The notes: generated from the letters alone by a model not told the origin. 38,816 nucleotides of DNA from Octopus bimaculoides (GCF_001194135.2 NC_068982.1:179376062-179414877); one strand, 5' to 3'; shown: positions 12,400 through 24,494, counted from the first letter of the stretch. Numbers and translations are program-made.

Positions 12400-13219
12400 G
12401 TGAGGAACCAGACTGGGTGCGGAAAGTCAGCTACTGATTTTCAGCCATCTTCCTGTAACACAGGACCTGGAAGTAACCCACAACAGGAATATTCTAACAG
12501 ATGGCCGTCCACGTCACTAAATAACCAAAAGAAAAAGAATGAAAATGGTCAAAGGAGATAATAAAGAAGTTCTTAAGACCTTTTATCGTGTCATATATTT
12601 CCACACAAATAAATCTAATACTGTACAAACTTACTTAAACTGGAAAGAGAAGCACCTTGATGTAAGAAGCTACAAAGATAGTAACAAACTTGCCAACGTC
12701 CGAAGGAACATTATGAAACAGAAATAACTCACGGAATTAGAGTGACCAAATTAAACAATCAGTAAGGGATAAAAGGAACGAAATTGTAGCTAAAGATATA
12801 CTTTCTGAACCAACCATAAACACCAAGGCAGATGAAAATCAAATAGATGAAGAAAGTCACAAAGAAATCGACCCAATTGAACTAGATGATCTAAAAAATC
12901 AAATCATGATTGAATGGCTAAAAATTAAAGAAACCAGTATGAATGAGTGTGACACTCTCCTAAAAATTTGCAGCTCTAAACAAAATCTGAAATTAATTGG
13001 TAAAATCCGCCTTGCACTTTATGATATAAGTTCAGCTAATGATGTTAAAATTACAGATCTCAGCCACCTGTACTATGCAACCCCGAAGATCTCAACGATT
13101 CTATGTGGTGAAAAGATTAGAAAACGAAAACATTCCCTCAAAAAGCCTATTTGGCAAGAGCGTATTCAACACCAAATTAAGCTACTTAGGTCCAACATAG
13201 AATGTTTCAGTCAATGCTT

Positions 13220-13220
<1 letters not shown>
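12400..13220 (+). mobile_element. R4/Dong-like LINE 5' ORF fragment
   Basis: DNKEVLKTFY..WKEKHLDVRSYKDSNKLANVRRNIMKQK and KKPIWQERIQHQIKLLRSNI resemble the N-terminal region of R4/Dong ORFs (W..RL..KI..LR.DI). Ends at a (TTA)n tract. Confidence 0.6.
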
Positions 13221-13221
<1 letters not shown>

Positions 13222-13276
<55 letters not shown>

Positions 13277-13353
13277 GTTGTTGTTGTTGTTGTTGTTGTT
13301 TTTGTTGTTGTTGTTGTTGTTGTTTTTTGTTGTTGTTGTTGTTGTTGTTGTTG
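13222..13353. repeat. (TTA)n-(TTG)n microsatellite
   Basis: Directly visible; it produces the poly-L/V tail of ORF 12906-13364. Confidence 0.95.
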
Positions 13354-15591
13354 ACTTTTATTAAGATGCTCCCTTTTTAGCTCCGATAGCTACAACCAAT
13401 AGTCTTAGGTATAAAGCAACATCCGCCTTGCCTGTACCATTCCTTTTGTCAGAGATTATCAGTAAATTAACCTAATATCAGTAGGTGCTTCTATCATCAG
13501 AAGATAAATATATTAATAAATGACTCTCAGATAAGTAAATTACTTCAATATCAGCGGATTAGCCTAATATATANNNNNNNNNNGTATATATGTATATATA
13601 GATAGATGGACCTAATATCTAATTCCTCCTCTCCCTCTCCCTCTCTCCCCCTTTCTTTCTCCCTAACTTTCATTTTACATTTCCCTTGTGTATTAACAAT
13701 TCGAAGTTAACATTATTCTGTGAAACAACTCCTCAGTTAACACCAGAAAGACAATGATATTTTGACATTAGCATTTTTGTTAGAATATCTCTTCTCTCTA
13801 TTATTCATTTTTTTTCTGTCTTACTCATTATTTATTCATGTTATACCATTATAGTTTATCATCATTATTTCTGGTTAATATTTTATTCAGACATGTGGAA
13901 TATTAAATATTTATTATTTAGATTCAAATATGAACAATAAACTTAAACCCCCCTATCTTGTTATTCTTACAATTGTGAAATGTTGTAATTATGTAATCCA
14001 AATGTTAGTCGTTGGTGTATGTATGTCACTGAACTATTCACTCTATTAATTCTAACCGCTATAATTAGCCACTAATGAATGAATCAATTAGATAGGAGAT
14101 AGTTTAATAAATAGCCCATAGTTCTATCATTAGACTACGACAGAAACGTTTCCACGGCCAAACACCGTAATATAAAAATATGATGTCTACTTAATTCAAC
14201 AGCAGATAACTCAGGTTTAAATTATTCATATCCGCCATAGCTCTATAAAATTGATGATAATTTAACTTAAATCTCTGACTGATTGATATGCCGAGTCTTG
14301 CTACCTTATGTATTGACTGTAAATTCAGCCAGTTTTAAATTCCTCGGTAGAGAAATATGTTTGAAAGTTTGAAGTTAGTATTTCTTTACATCTTTAAGAC
14401 GTAATCGGGTTGACTAAGAATCTTCAGTTTTTAAGATGCACACACTTAGCATGGTTATCGCAACAGTTGAGTGCCGCCTTTATCTTTTCATCAACCATTT
14501 ATTTTACTGTAAATTGCTTCCTCCTCTAAATGTTATTTAAGAAGGACTTGATATATCACTTTTCTCTAGACCTAAACAATTGCAAAGCTGTATATAATTA
14601 ATCTTATAGGTATTCTTGGTTAACCCAGTATATGTTTTTCGTTATATGATCTAGTGATTCTACATCTATTCTATGTACTACTTCTTTGCTTTTTTTTTTT
14701 TTTCGTTTGCATTTTAAACACTTAAACATGTTTTGTCCATAATTATATATTTTCATGCGGTATAGTTAATTTCCTGTCATTTTCTTAAGTAGAACGAAAG
14801 CTTTTCCTTCATAGTTCCTAATTAATTTTCGAGTCACAAATTCAATTTACTTTCTGCTAAATCATTTTTTAAAGTCTACTGTTATTTATAAGTAGATTTT
14901 TATTTGTATCTGACTCTATCCTCTCTTAGTACTGATCGGATATATTTTACTTATATCAATTTTAGTCTGGTGGTTTTGCACTTTTATCATGAGTTGATTT
15001 CTGTTGTCTTAGCTCTTCATTTCACTAATTCCCCATCCATTATACTGAAGTTGGGATATATAACGTGGATGGCTAATGTATTTCTCGTTATGTCATATTT
15101 CCAACATTGTATTATAAATTTTAATATTAATCTGACTCTTCTGTAGTATTTTTTTCTGATTTTTCTACATTTTGTCTTGTATCTTATCAGTTTCGTCTAC
15201 TCCTAAGTACATGTGCGGAAGATTCTCTTCTAAGTATCTAAATTCAGTGTACTTGATTTAATGCACTGTTTCTTTTTCATTAATTTATATTTGCTTATGG
15301 TATCTTTCTCATTATTTGTTTAATCTCATACTAAGATTCTACATCTTGACTGGATTTTAAAAAACAAATGTTGAAATATTTTCTCAACTGGACATCATCT
15401 CGTGTAGATGTCTTGAAGTGAGAGTTACAATTTGTTTTTAACATATATAAACATTAGAGATTTGATGCAGCAGATTTATCAATGGAGCTTGGTGAAGGTA
15501 AAAGTGATGGCGTCATACTGCGTCCACCTAGAAGGTGATAAGACAAGTTTCGATCCTCTGTTTGTTTTGTAGTGATGAAGTTGTTAAATAC

Positions 15592-15639
15592 AAATACACC
15601 AGACACTGCCATTTTGATATGGCATTGTCTGGTGTATTT
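15592..15639. repeat. 21-bp inverted repeat (1 mismatch, 6-nt spacer)
   Basis: aaatacaccagacactgccat (15592-612) tttgat atggcattgtctggtgtattt (15619-639). Confidence 0.9.
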
Positions 15640-15998
15640 TGTTCTTTAATATTGCTGTTCTTTTTTTTGTAGTTGTTATTTCCTTATTGCGTGCTTTCTG
15701 TTTTACATCCCGTAAATCCAGGAGGAAAAAAGGTATTATAGGTATTATACGGACGATGCCACATGATTGAAATCCTTCGGGCCTTATTCGTTGTTATTAC
15801 ACGCGTCGAACGTTATGTGATGAATAGATACAGTATACGATAATTCAAATGTGAAACAAAAAGTAATCATTGTTTTTACTTGCAAATGTTCTTTATAGTA
15901 TCATTTTCTTCCTTTCTTCTCTCTTTTTACTTTTTAATTTAATGATTTATTACAGGACAACACAAACACCAAGACACATGCAGACAGACAGACAGATA

Positions 15999-16035
<37 letters not shown>

Positions 16036-16807
16036 CCACACACACACACATATATACATACATACATACATGTATATGTATGCATGTATGTATGTATGTA
16101 TATCTGCTACTACCTACCGAGCCTTCACNNNNNNNNNNNNNNNNNNNNNNNNNNNNNNNNNNNNNNNNNNNNNNNNNNNNNNNNNNNNNNNNNNNNNNNN
16201 NNNNNNNNNNNNNNNNNNNNNNNNNNNNNNNNNNNNNNNNNNNNNNNNNNNNNNNNNNNNNNNNNNNNNNNNNNNNNNNNNNNNNNNNNNNNNNNNNNNN
16301 NNNNNNNNNNNNNNNNNNNNNNNNNNNNNNNNNNNNNNNNNNNNNNNNNNNNNNNNNNNNNNNNNNNNNNNNNNNNNNNNNNNNNNNNNNNNNNNNNNNN
16401 NNNNNNNNNNNNNNNNNNNNNNNNNNNNNNNNNNNNNNNNNNNNNNNNNNNNNNNNNNNNNNNNNNNNNNNNNNNNNNNNNNNNNNNNNNNNNNNNNNNN
16501 NNNNNNNNNNNNNNNNNNNNNNNNNNNNNNNNNNNNNNNNNNNNNNNNNNNNNNNNNNNNNNNNNNNNNNNNNNNNNNNNNNNNNNNNNNNNNNNNNNNN
16601 NNNNNNNNNNNNNNNNNNNNNNNNNNNNNNNNNNNNNNNNNNNNNNNNNATATATATATATATATATATATATACATACATACAGTAATCCCTCGCTATA
16701 TCGCGTTCTCCTATCGCAGTATAAATATATACAAATTATAAAAATAATTGAAAATATATACAGTACAGTACTGTTTCTATTTCGCGGATTTCCACCTATA
16801 CTCTTTA

Positions 16808-16960
16808 CATTCTGAGTTCAAATCCTACCGAGATCGACTTTACTTTTCATCCTTTTGGGCCGATAAAATAAATTAGCAGGCGAGAACTGGAGTGGATGAT
16901 GTTGATTAGCCAACATCCCTCAAACATTTTGCTTTGTGCCTCAATAGAACCATTACTATT
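16808..16960 (+). mobile_element. 5'-truncated, diverged SINE family A copy
   Basis: ttctgagttcaaatcctaccgagatcgactttacttttcatccttttggg aligns to 2834-2882. Confidence 0.75.
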
Positions 16961-17472
16961 TCTTACTATCATGTTTTCAAAGATTTTCCGCAAGATTTTC
17001 ACTCCGTCACTAGATGTACCTCCGTATTTTTTGTGTTACGGATTGTATTGTTTGTTAGGTGGGGTGGAAAGTATTTGTTGTTCATCTAATGTGATATGTA
17101 TTTGTATTTAGGATGCCTCCATTGTATTTAGAGATGATTATGTACAGAATGTTATGTAATTTGTGCCAGAGTTGTACATTGTGGCGACATATGTTTTATG
17201 GTATTTTGAATGAAATTGTTGTTGGTGTACATGCTCTTTTTGATATCAAGTTCTGTACGTTGATTATACTTCGTATTGATCTAAGTCTTTAATCTTTTAT
17301 AGTACGTGGCTTCTTAGAATGTATAGGTCTTACTTTAAAAATATCATGACTGATCTTTTATAAATCCTTGTCATTCTGGACAGCTATTTTATTGCTACAG
17401 ACCGAGTTTGGTATGTATTTATCGCTAGCTACCCAATCAAGTTTTTGTAAATTTTGTCTTTACTCGACTGAA

Positions 17473-17920
17473 CAGCTGTCCAATGAATAAAGTTGAACAC
17501 ATACCATTTATGTATATTTAATTCTTTTTTTACTAGAAAACAACACAGCTGCACAAATCGATGTAGCTACCGAGTCAGCCGTTTCTAGACACATTCTGTC
17601 TTTACTTGATCGGGCATTTGTACAATGGATATGGCTATTTAACCAGTGATATAGATTGATACATTGTCTTTATTAGGACTAAGCAGTTGTCAAATGGATA
17701 CAGCTATGAATCCAGTAATATTTATACATTTTACTTTCATAGTCTTAAACATCTGTCCACTGAATAATGCTATCTACCCAGCCATATCGAGTGATACATC
17801 GTTTTTACAAGAATCGGGCAGTTGTCGAATGGATGTAACTATCTCGCCGGTCATTTATATTACACTCTGTCTTTGCGAAAAATTGGCAGTCGAAAGTGAT
17901 GTGATCGATCGAGTCGTAAA
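17473..17920. repeat. Degenerate ~69-bp tandem repeat (about 6-7 units)
   Basis: Unit starts cagctgtcc 17473, cagctgcac 17546, catttgtac 17615, cagttgtca 17684, catctgtcc 17750, cagttgtcg 17819, cagtcg 17887. Recurrent aatggat..gctat..cag..tacat..tgtcttta. Confidence 0.7.
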
Positions 17921-18604
17921 TGATTGCATAATTGCTTTATTCTTGTAGTTTGTTTTTATGGCCTGGTATTGATTTTGTGTTGCTAAAATCAGACACCCGT
18001 TTCTACTGAAGCCAAGAGACGTTTAATAATTGCTTTCTTTCATATTGTTTCACTTCCTTCATGTCTTGCAGGATATTGGCCTTGGAGAGGATTATATTTT
18101 ACTCTACTTTTTTTTTTTAATTTTATAATTTGGAATTCTAATTTCATTATATTTCTGTTTAATGTTTAGTTATTTCTGTTTCTTTTTTTTTTATCTTAAT
18201 GCAAATCATTCACTCAGGCAGACTTAGCTTATAAATTATAATTATCGTCACCTTATATACAGAAAATAGTTTTGCCATGCTTCTATATAAAAATAGTCTA
18301 CATTTGTTTGCTTCTGAGTATCTTTCTACCTCCACTGTGGTTCCTTTCCGATAACTTTCTTGTACGTATGTTAAGTATAACCTGATATACCAGCTTTACG
18401 ATAAAAGTCTTTGCTTAAGCATTTTTTAGGTCTTTCAATAACGTTAAACTTTAGTTTCAACCGTCGTTGCTTGTGGGTTTACAACATAGGGGTCTCATTT
18501 CTAGTATTGCCACTTCTCATGTTCACCGTAATATCTTTTTCTGAATCCATGAATATTTTAGTAGGTTCTCCACATAGTAGTTTGTTTCTTCTACCTTATG
18601 TTAA

Positions 18605-18644
<40 letters not shown>

Positions 18645-20571
18645 ATATATGTTATATGTATGCATGTGTGTATGTATGTGTGTAGCGTAGGATAAATTTA
18701 TTGATAACAAGAAATATTTCACGAATAGAGATTTTTAAAAATGCATGTCATGCCGAAATATATGTAGCATTGCATTAGTAAAAATATTTAAAAACTCCAT
18801 NNNNNNNNNNCTAGAACCCCAAATTAACAACAGGCTCGAGGTTGTTAATCAATATATTATTTAGTTACATCTGGATGCATGTAGGTTCACTTTTGATATG
18901 CTCATTTATTATTTATAACTACAAAAAAAAGAGAAGAGGGAAAAAAGGGGAAAAAGGGAGCTGCACGTATAATACATAACTTAGAAGCAGCGCTACAGTG
19001 GTAGTAAGAAATTCCCAAGAGATTTGAACAGAAGGTGTTCAGAGAAGAACCACCATTCAGGCAAGTTTCGCCCCCTAACTTTTTACAAACTAAGGGGGCT
19101 CCAGCCGCATTCAGGTCACGAGTCTTGAGTGCCCTTCTGCTAACAAAGTTTAGCCACTTGGATATAGGAAACTTTCCTCTTCGTTCACTTACCTGTCAAT
19201 CTTATATTGTGAGCATGTGTGTGCATATAGGTATATCTAAATATACGTACATACGTACATACATACATACATACATATATATATGTGTATTTACTGCGCT
19301 GATATTCTGTCCATATCGCACGAGGAGTTTTTAGGCGGGCAATTTAAGCTAGTCGTTGTGCATACGTGCATATATATGTATGTATGCGTCCGTATATGTA
19401 AGTATACTGTATGTTTATATATATATATATTTGTATTTATGTACTTGAGTATATTCCACCGATGAAGGCAAAGCATTTATTATGCAAAGCCAGAAATCCG
19501 GGATCTGGAATTATCTTGTTATTTTTACTGGTTTATTTTGTCTTCGTCTTCGCTCCTTGTACTACGTGAACATTTATTGTGGTTTAGAGTCAGGATTTGA
19601 CTGCTATTTTTCNNNNNNNNNNNNNNNNNNNNNNNNNNNNNNNNNNNNNNNNNNNNNNNNNNNNNNNNNNNNNNNNNNNNNNNNNNNNNNNNNNNNNNNN
19701 NNNNNNNNNNNNNNNNNNNNNNNNNNNNNNNNNNNNNNNNNNNNNNNNNNNNNNNNNNNNNNNNNNNNNNNNNNNNNNNNNNNNNNNNNNNNNNNNNNNN
19801 NNNNNNNNNNNNNNNNNNNNNNNNNNNNNNNNNNNNNNNNNNNNNNNNNNNNNNNNNNNNNNNNNNNNNNNNNNNNNNNNNNNNNNNNNNNNNNNNNNNN
19901 NNNNNNNNNNNNNNNNNNNNNNNNNNNNNNNNNNNNNNNNNNNNNNNNNNNNNNNNNNNNNNNNNNNNNNNNNNNNNNNNNNNNNNNNNNNNNNNNNNNN
20001 NNNNNNNNNNNNNNNNNNNNNNNNNNNNNNNNNNNNNNNNNNNNNNNNNNNNNNNNNNNNNNNNNNNNNNNNNNNNNNNNNNNNNNNNNNNNNNNNNNNN
20101 NNNNNNNNNNNNNNNNNNNNNNNNNNNNNNNNNNNNNNNNNNNNNNNNNNNNNNNNNNNNNNNNNNNNNNNNNNNNNNNNNNNNNNNNNNNNNNNNNNNN
20201 NNNNNNNNNNNNNNNNNNNNNNNNNNNNNNNNNNNNNNNNNNNNNNNNNNNNNNNNNNNNNNNNNNNNNNNNNNNNNNNNNNNNNNNNNNNNNNNNNNNN
20301 NNNNNNNNNNNNNNNNNNNNNNNNNNNNNNNNNNNNNNNNNNNNNNNNNNNNNNNNNNNNNNNNNNNNNNNNNNNNNNNNNNNNNNNNNNNNNNNNNNNN
20401 NNNNNNNNNNNNNNNNNNNNNNNNNNNNNNNNNNNNNNNNNNNNNNNNNNNNNNNNNNNNNNNNNNNNNNNNNNNNNNNNNNNNNNNNNNNNNNNNNNNN
20501 NNNNNNNNNNNNNNNNNNNNNNNNNNNNNNNNNNNNNNNNNNNNNNNNNNNNNNNNNNNNNNNNNNNNNNN

Positions 20572-20607
<36 letters not shown>

Positions 20608-20809
20608 AAGGTAAGATGCAAAGATTGAGGTGTATGAAGTTAGTAAAGTTCAAATCGTCCATAGAAGGTATAAAAATACTTTCAGGAACAATAGTGGTTC
20701 ATAGACGTAGAAGGTTGTAAATGTTATCCATATTGAATTTCGATAAGCTGAAAAAAGTAATTTTATAGTACATATATATTTACATATGCACACACACTCA
20801 TACACTCGT

Positions 20810-20851
<42 letters not shown>

Positions 20852-21141
20852 TCGTGTGAGCGTGTGCGTGTGCGTGCGTGTGGTGCGTAATTCAAAATTC
20901 CCTCATCGGCCGTAGATAAGGCAACACCGTATAAGGACGGTAAATACAAATCTAACATGCAGCCTGACCTTTAAACGAAAAATTAAGAATTTGGATCAAA
21001 GTAGTAACAGAGTTTGAACAGAAGAATAAAATTGTTATTCGCGCCTTTTGTGCACAAGATCAGTATCTTTTTATGGAAATGCCAATCTCGTAGAATTTCG
21101 CACCGGATCCGAGAGTAAAACCTTGCTCTCGTGGTGCTACT

Positions 21142-21179
<38 letters not shown>

Positions 21180-21544
21180 ATATATGCACATGCGTACATG
21201 TGTGTACATGTATACGTATGTATGTATGCATGCATGTATGTATGTATGTATGTATGTATGTATGCATGTATGTACGTATGTATGTATGTATGTATGTATG
21301 TATGTATGCAACGCTAAATGCAGTTACACATGGACACTTTCATGCACCCACAATACACACATTCTTTTAAAAATATTACTTTAAAAATTTACTTAAACAA
21401 GAATGCAATTTCACAAGAAAAGTTATTAGAATAACCTCGATTTTATGAACTTGAAGTTGTTTAGCTTGTTCCCAGAAGAGATAGAAATGAAATGGAAAAG
21501 ATGAACTTGAAACAATTTCGCACCTGTTGTTCGCAAAGTATTTT

Positions 21545-21670
21545 GCAAAAATAGAAGCTTACTTCCTAACCACATGGTTCCGAGTTCAGTCTCTCTGCGT
21601 GACACCTTGGACAAATGTATTCTATTATAGCCTAGGGCCTACCAAAGGTTTGTGAGTGGATTTTGGTAGT
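21545..21670 (+). mobile_element. SINE family B 5' half (interrupted by mariner)
   Basis: agaagcttacttcctaaccacatggttccgagttcagt...gtgagtggattttggtag matches the head of the 1598-1909 copy. Confidence 0.85.
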
Positions 21671-21764
21671 CTGCTTGTCTATATGTATATGCATGTATAC
21701 AAATATATATATAAATTCAGTTATGTAAAATGAAAAATTAATAGTATTTCTAACGGAGAAGCAC

Positions 21765-21797
<33 letters not shown>

Positions 21798-21801
21798 TGT
21801 A

Positions 21802-23009
21802 TTAGGTTGTCAAGAAGGTTCTTGCGATTTTTAACCTTTAAATTCAGATGCACATATCTCAGTTCAAACAGAACTTTATTAATCGAAATAAACATCATCA
21901 GAATCAACACACTTTTGCCAACGCTGAAGGCGTGTTTGGCAGCGTCTTGGTTTTTGAAGCATTTCTCACCCACAAGTTGTCGAGATGCCTGAAAAAGTGG
22001 TAGTCGGTAGGCGAGAGGTCTGGTGAGTATGGCAGATGAGGCAAAGTTTCGTAGCCCAATTCGTTCAACTTCTGCAGGGTCAGTTGTGCGACGTGCAACC
22101 GAGCGTTGTCGTGGAGAAGAAGTGGTCCTTTTCTATTGACCAATGATGGCTGTTGTTGTCGGAGTTTCTTACGCGTTTCATCCATTTACTGACAGTAACT
22201 CGTCGTGATGGGTTCGCCTGGATTCAAAAAGTTGTGATGGATGAGACCGGCTGCAGACCACCAAACAGTCACCGTGACCTTCTTTTGGCTTCGGTAAGTG
22301 CCGTGGAGTTTCATCGGCGTCCAACCACTGAGCTGCGCGTCACCAGTTGTCGCAAAGAATCCACTTTTCATCGCAAGTCACAATCCCGTCGAGAAACGGG
22401 TTGTTATTGTTGCGTGAAAGAAGGGAAGACGATACTTCAAAACAACGTTTTTTTAGTAGTCGTTCAATTCGTGCGGCATCCATTTCTCAAGTATTTTTAT
22501 TTTTCCAATCTCTTTCAAGTGATTGGAAATTGTTGTATACGTTACGTCTTATTCAGAAGCAAGCTCTCGAACAGTTGTGCGTGGATTGGCTTCGACTAAG
22601 GCTCTTAGTTAATCGTTATCAACATCCGATGGCCGACCACTACACTTATCATCTTCAAGACTCTCGTCACCGCTACGAAATTTCTTGAAACACCATTGTG
22701 CTGTAAGTTCATTAGTGGTTCCTGGGCCAAACGCATCGTTGATATCGTGAGATGTTTCAGCAGCTTTTCGGCCTAGCTTGAACTGGAATAAGAAAATTGT
22801 GCGAATTTGCTTTTTTTCCATGTTGTATTCAACGTTTCGGTAAAAATGGTCTAATTATTCAAAAATAAAAAGAGTAACACGATTAGAGAGAACGAAAACG
22901 AGCTTTAAATTGATATATAAAGTCAAAGTAATTTAACGAAAATTAATTTGAAAATACATCATTTAAAACCAAAATTAAAAATTCAGCAAGAACTTTCTTG
23001 ACAACCTAG
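21802..23009 (-). mobile_element. Mariner DNA transposon (Hsmar1-like, cecropia subfamily), 1208 bp, defective
   Basis: TIRs ttaggttgtcaagaaggttcttgc (21802..) and gcaagaactttcttgacaacctag (..23009). TA at 21800-01 and 23010-11. Transposase remnant inside. Confidence 0.93.
21879..22821 (-). pseudogene. Mariner DD34D transposase, frameshifted with internal deletions
   Basis: MEKKQIRTIFLFQFKLGRKAAET..SGRPSDVDND; KKVTVTVWWSAAGLIH; LLHDNARLHVA; YSPDLSPTDYHFFRHLDN; terminal RWQKCVDSDDVYFD*. Deletions after the A(P)KH region and between KHAF and RWQK. Confidence 0.92.
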
Positions 23010-23260
23010 TATGTATATGTGCATATATTTATGTGTCTGTGTCTTTGTGTTTGTGTTCTTCCCCTACCATTGTTTGACAACCGATGCTGGTGTGTTTACG
23101 TCCCCGAAAACAAGCGGTTCGACAAAAGGGACAAAAGAATAAGTACTAGGCTTACAAAGAATAAGTCGTAGGGTCTATTTCTTCGATTAAAACCTCTTAA
23201 TCTGGTGCTCCAGCATAGCCTCAGTCAAATGACTGAAACAATTAAAAGAATAAAAGAATA
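23010..23260 (+). mobile_element. SINE family B 3' half
   Basis: ttgacaaccgatgctggtgtgtttacgtcccc...ggtgctccagcatagcctcagtcaaatgactgaaacaattaaaagaataaaagaata continues the SINE begun at 21545. Confidence 0.88.
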
Positions 23261-23746
23261 AGAATTTTCTTCGTACTTTTCATATTACTGCATTACTCTA
23301 ATTATCAGACGATCGGACGTCGTTATCAACTGCTGATCATACTTCGCATTCTTGTAGCTTTCGAATGATACCAATCCGTTGGTTACGCGGGCGGGCCAAA
23401 CTTACATATAATATTTTAAAATATATTCAAATAACAGATATTTCAAGAGAAAACAGGCTCGGATTACCAGCTGAACGATCGGATACGTGTAACTCTGAGT
23501 ACGGGAATTATGAGCCTTTCCATTTTATTATGGGATACTCTACACTGACATACTGAGTTCTCTAAGTCATCGCTTTTCTAATGTATATGCATATATACAA
23601 ATATATACATTCAGTTGAGTTTCGTAAAATGAAAAATTAACAGTATTTCTACCAGAGAAGCACATTGCGATCAGCAATGGATAACAACGTCCGATCGTCT
23701 GATCATTTGAGTAATGCAGTGAGATGAAAGATATAAAGAAAATTCT
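23261..23746. mobile_element. MITE-like element, 486 bp, ~78-bp imperfect TIRs, TA flanks
   Basis: 23261-23338 is the reverse complement of 23669-23746 (shared agaattttct, actgcattactc, atcagacgatcggacgt, gttatc, tgctgatc). TA at 23259-60 and 23747-48. No ORF. Confidence 0.8.
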
Positions 23747-24462
23747 TATCTTTAAGTTGTTTTTATAAAATAAAATTGTTTAAATAAAAAAAATTATGTT
23801 GCTGTTTCAATTGGAATATTTTTAACTCACACACTCTGTTCCAATACGATACATATCACTACAAGATCAGTTAAAATTTTAACTAGCAAATATGTGTTTA
23901 ACAAATGCTTTGTTTGTTCGAGCATTTCACTTTAACAACAAAAATATCTTAATAACTCAAATTCTATCTGGCCACATTATTTTATCGTGTGTGTTCTTTT
24001 ATTGATCACGACTCATCTACAGCAAACACGTAACTCAATCCTTATGAAATCTCATTTCTTTTATTAGTCTTTTACAATTTTATTTGGTTATTCATCAAAT
24101 ATCTCTCAGTAATAACAAATAGCATTAACAGCTTGCAAAACAACCTTTTAAAACATTTCAATTATTGAAAAACATTCTTAAAACTATCTAAATACATGTC
24201 AGAATATATGTACAACATTTGCGAATCCAATAAAATTTGCTCGATCAATTTTCTTTATAAGAAAGAAAAGCATAATTGAAGAGTAGACAAATATTTTGAG
24301 AAGTAGCAGCGCTCAGGTTTCATAATTGCTTTTTCAATTTCCAATCAGTTCAAAAAATAGAATGAAAGATAAATTCCATCGGGTTTATAGAGTGTTCAAT
24401 TGCAAGCTTCATTATTGTTCCTAATCTAATTCATTTATTATCATTATTGTTATTATTGTTGC

Positions 24463-24494
<32 letters not shown>

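Noticed and set aside
15525-15560. Minus-strand GAGGAUC GAAACUUGUC UUAUCACC, right half of a hammerhead-like motif
   Set aside because: No CUGANGA or complementary stem I/II partner found upstream on that strand.
16960-17380. Minus-strand stretch reading NICRHNVQLWHKLHNILYIISKYNGGILNT, and similar-looking + strand 37940-38620
   Set aside because: Probably decayed retroelement coding sequence, but no diagnostic motif, so left unannotated.
19045-19105. Minus-strand CUGGA-GCCCCCU...AGGGGGC-GAAACUUGC, resembling a hammerhead
   Set aside because: The core lacks two nucleotides of CUGANGA, has no U16.1 and no stem I pairing. At best a dead remnant.
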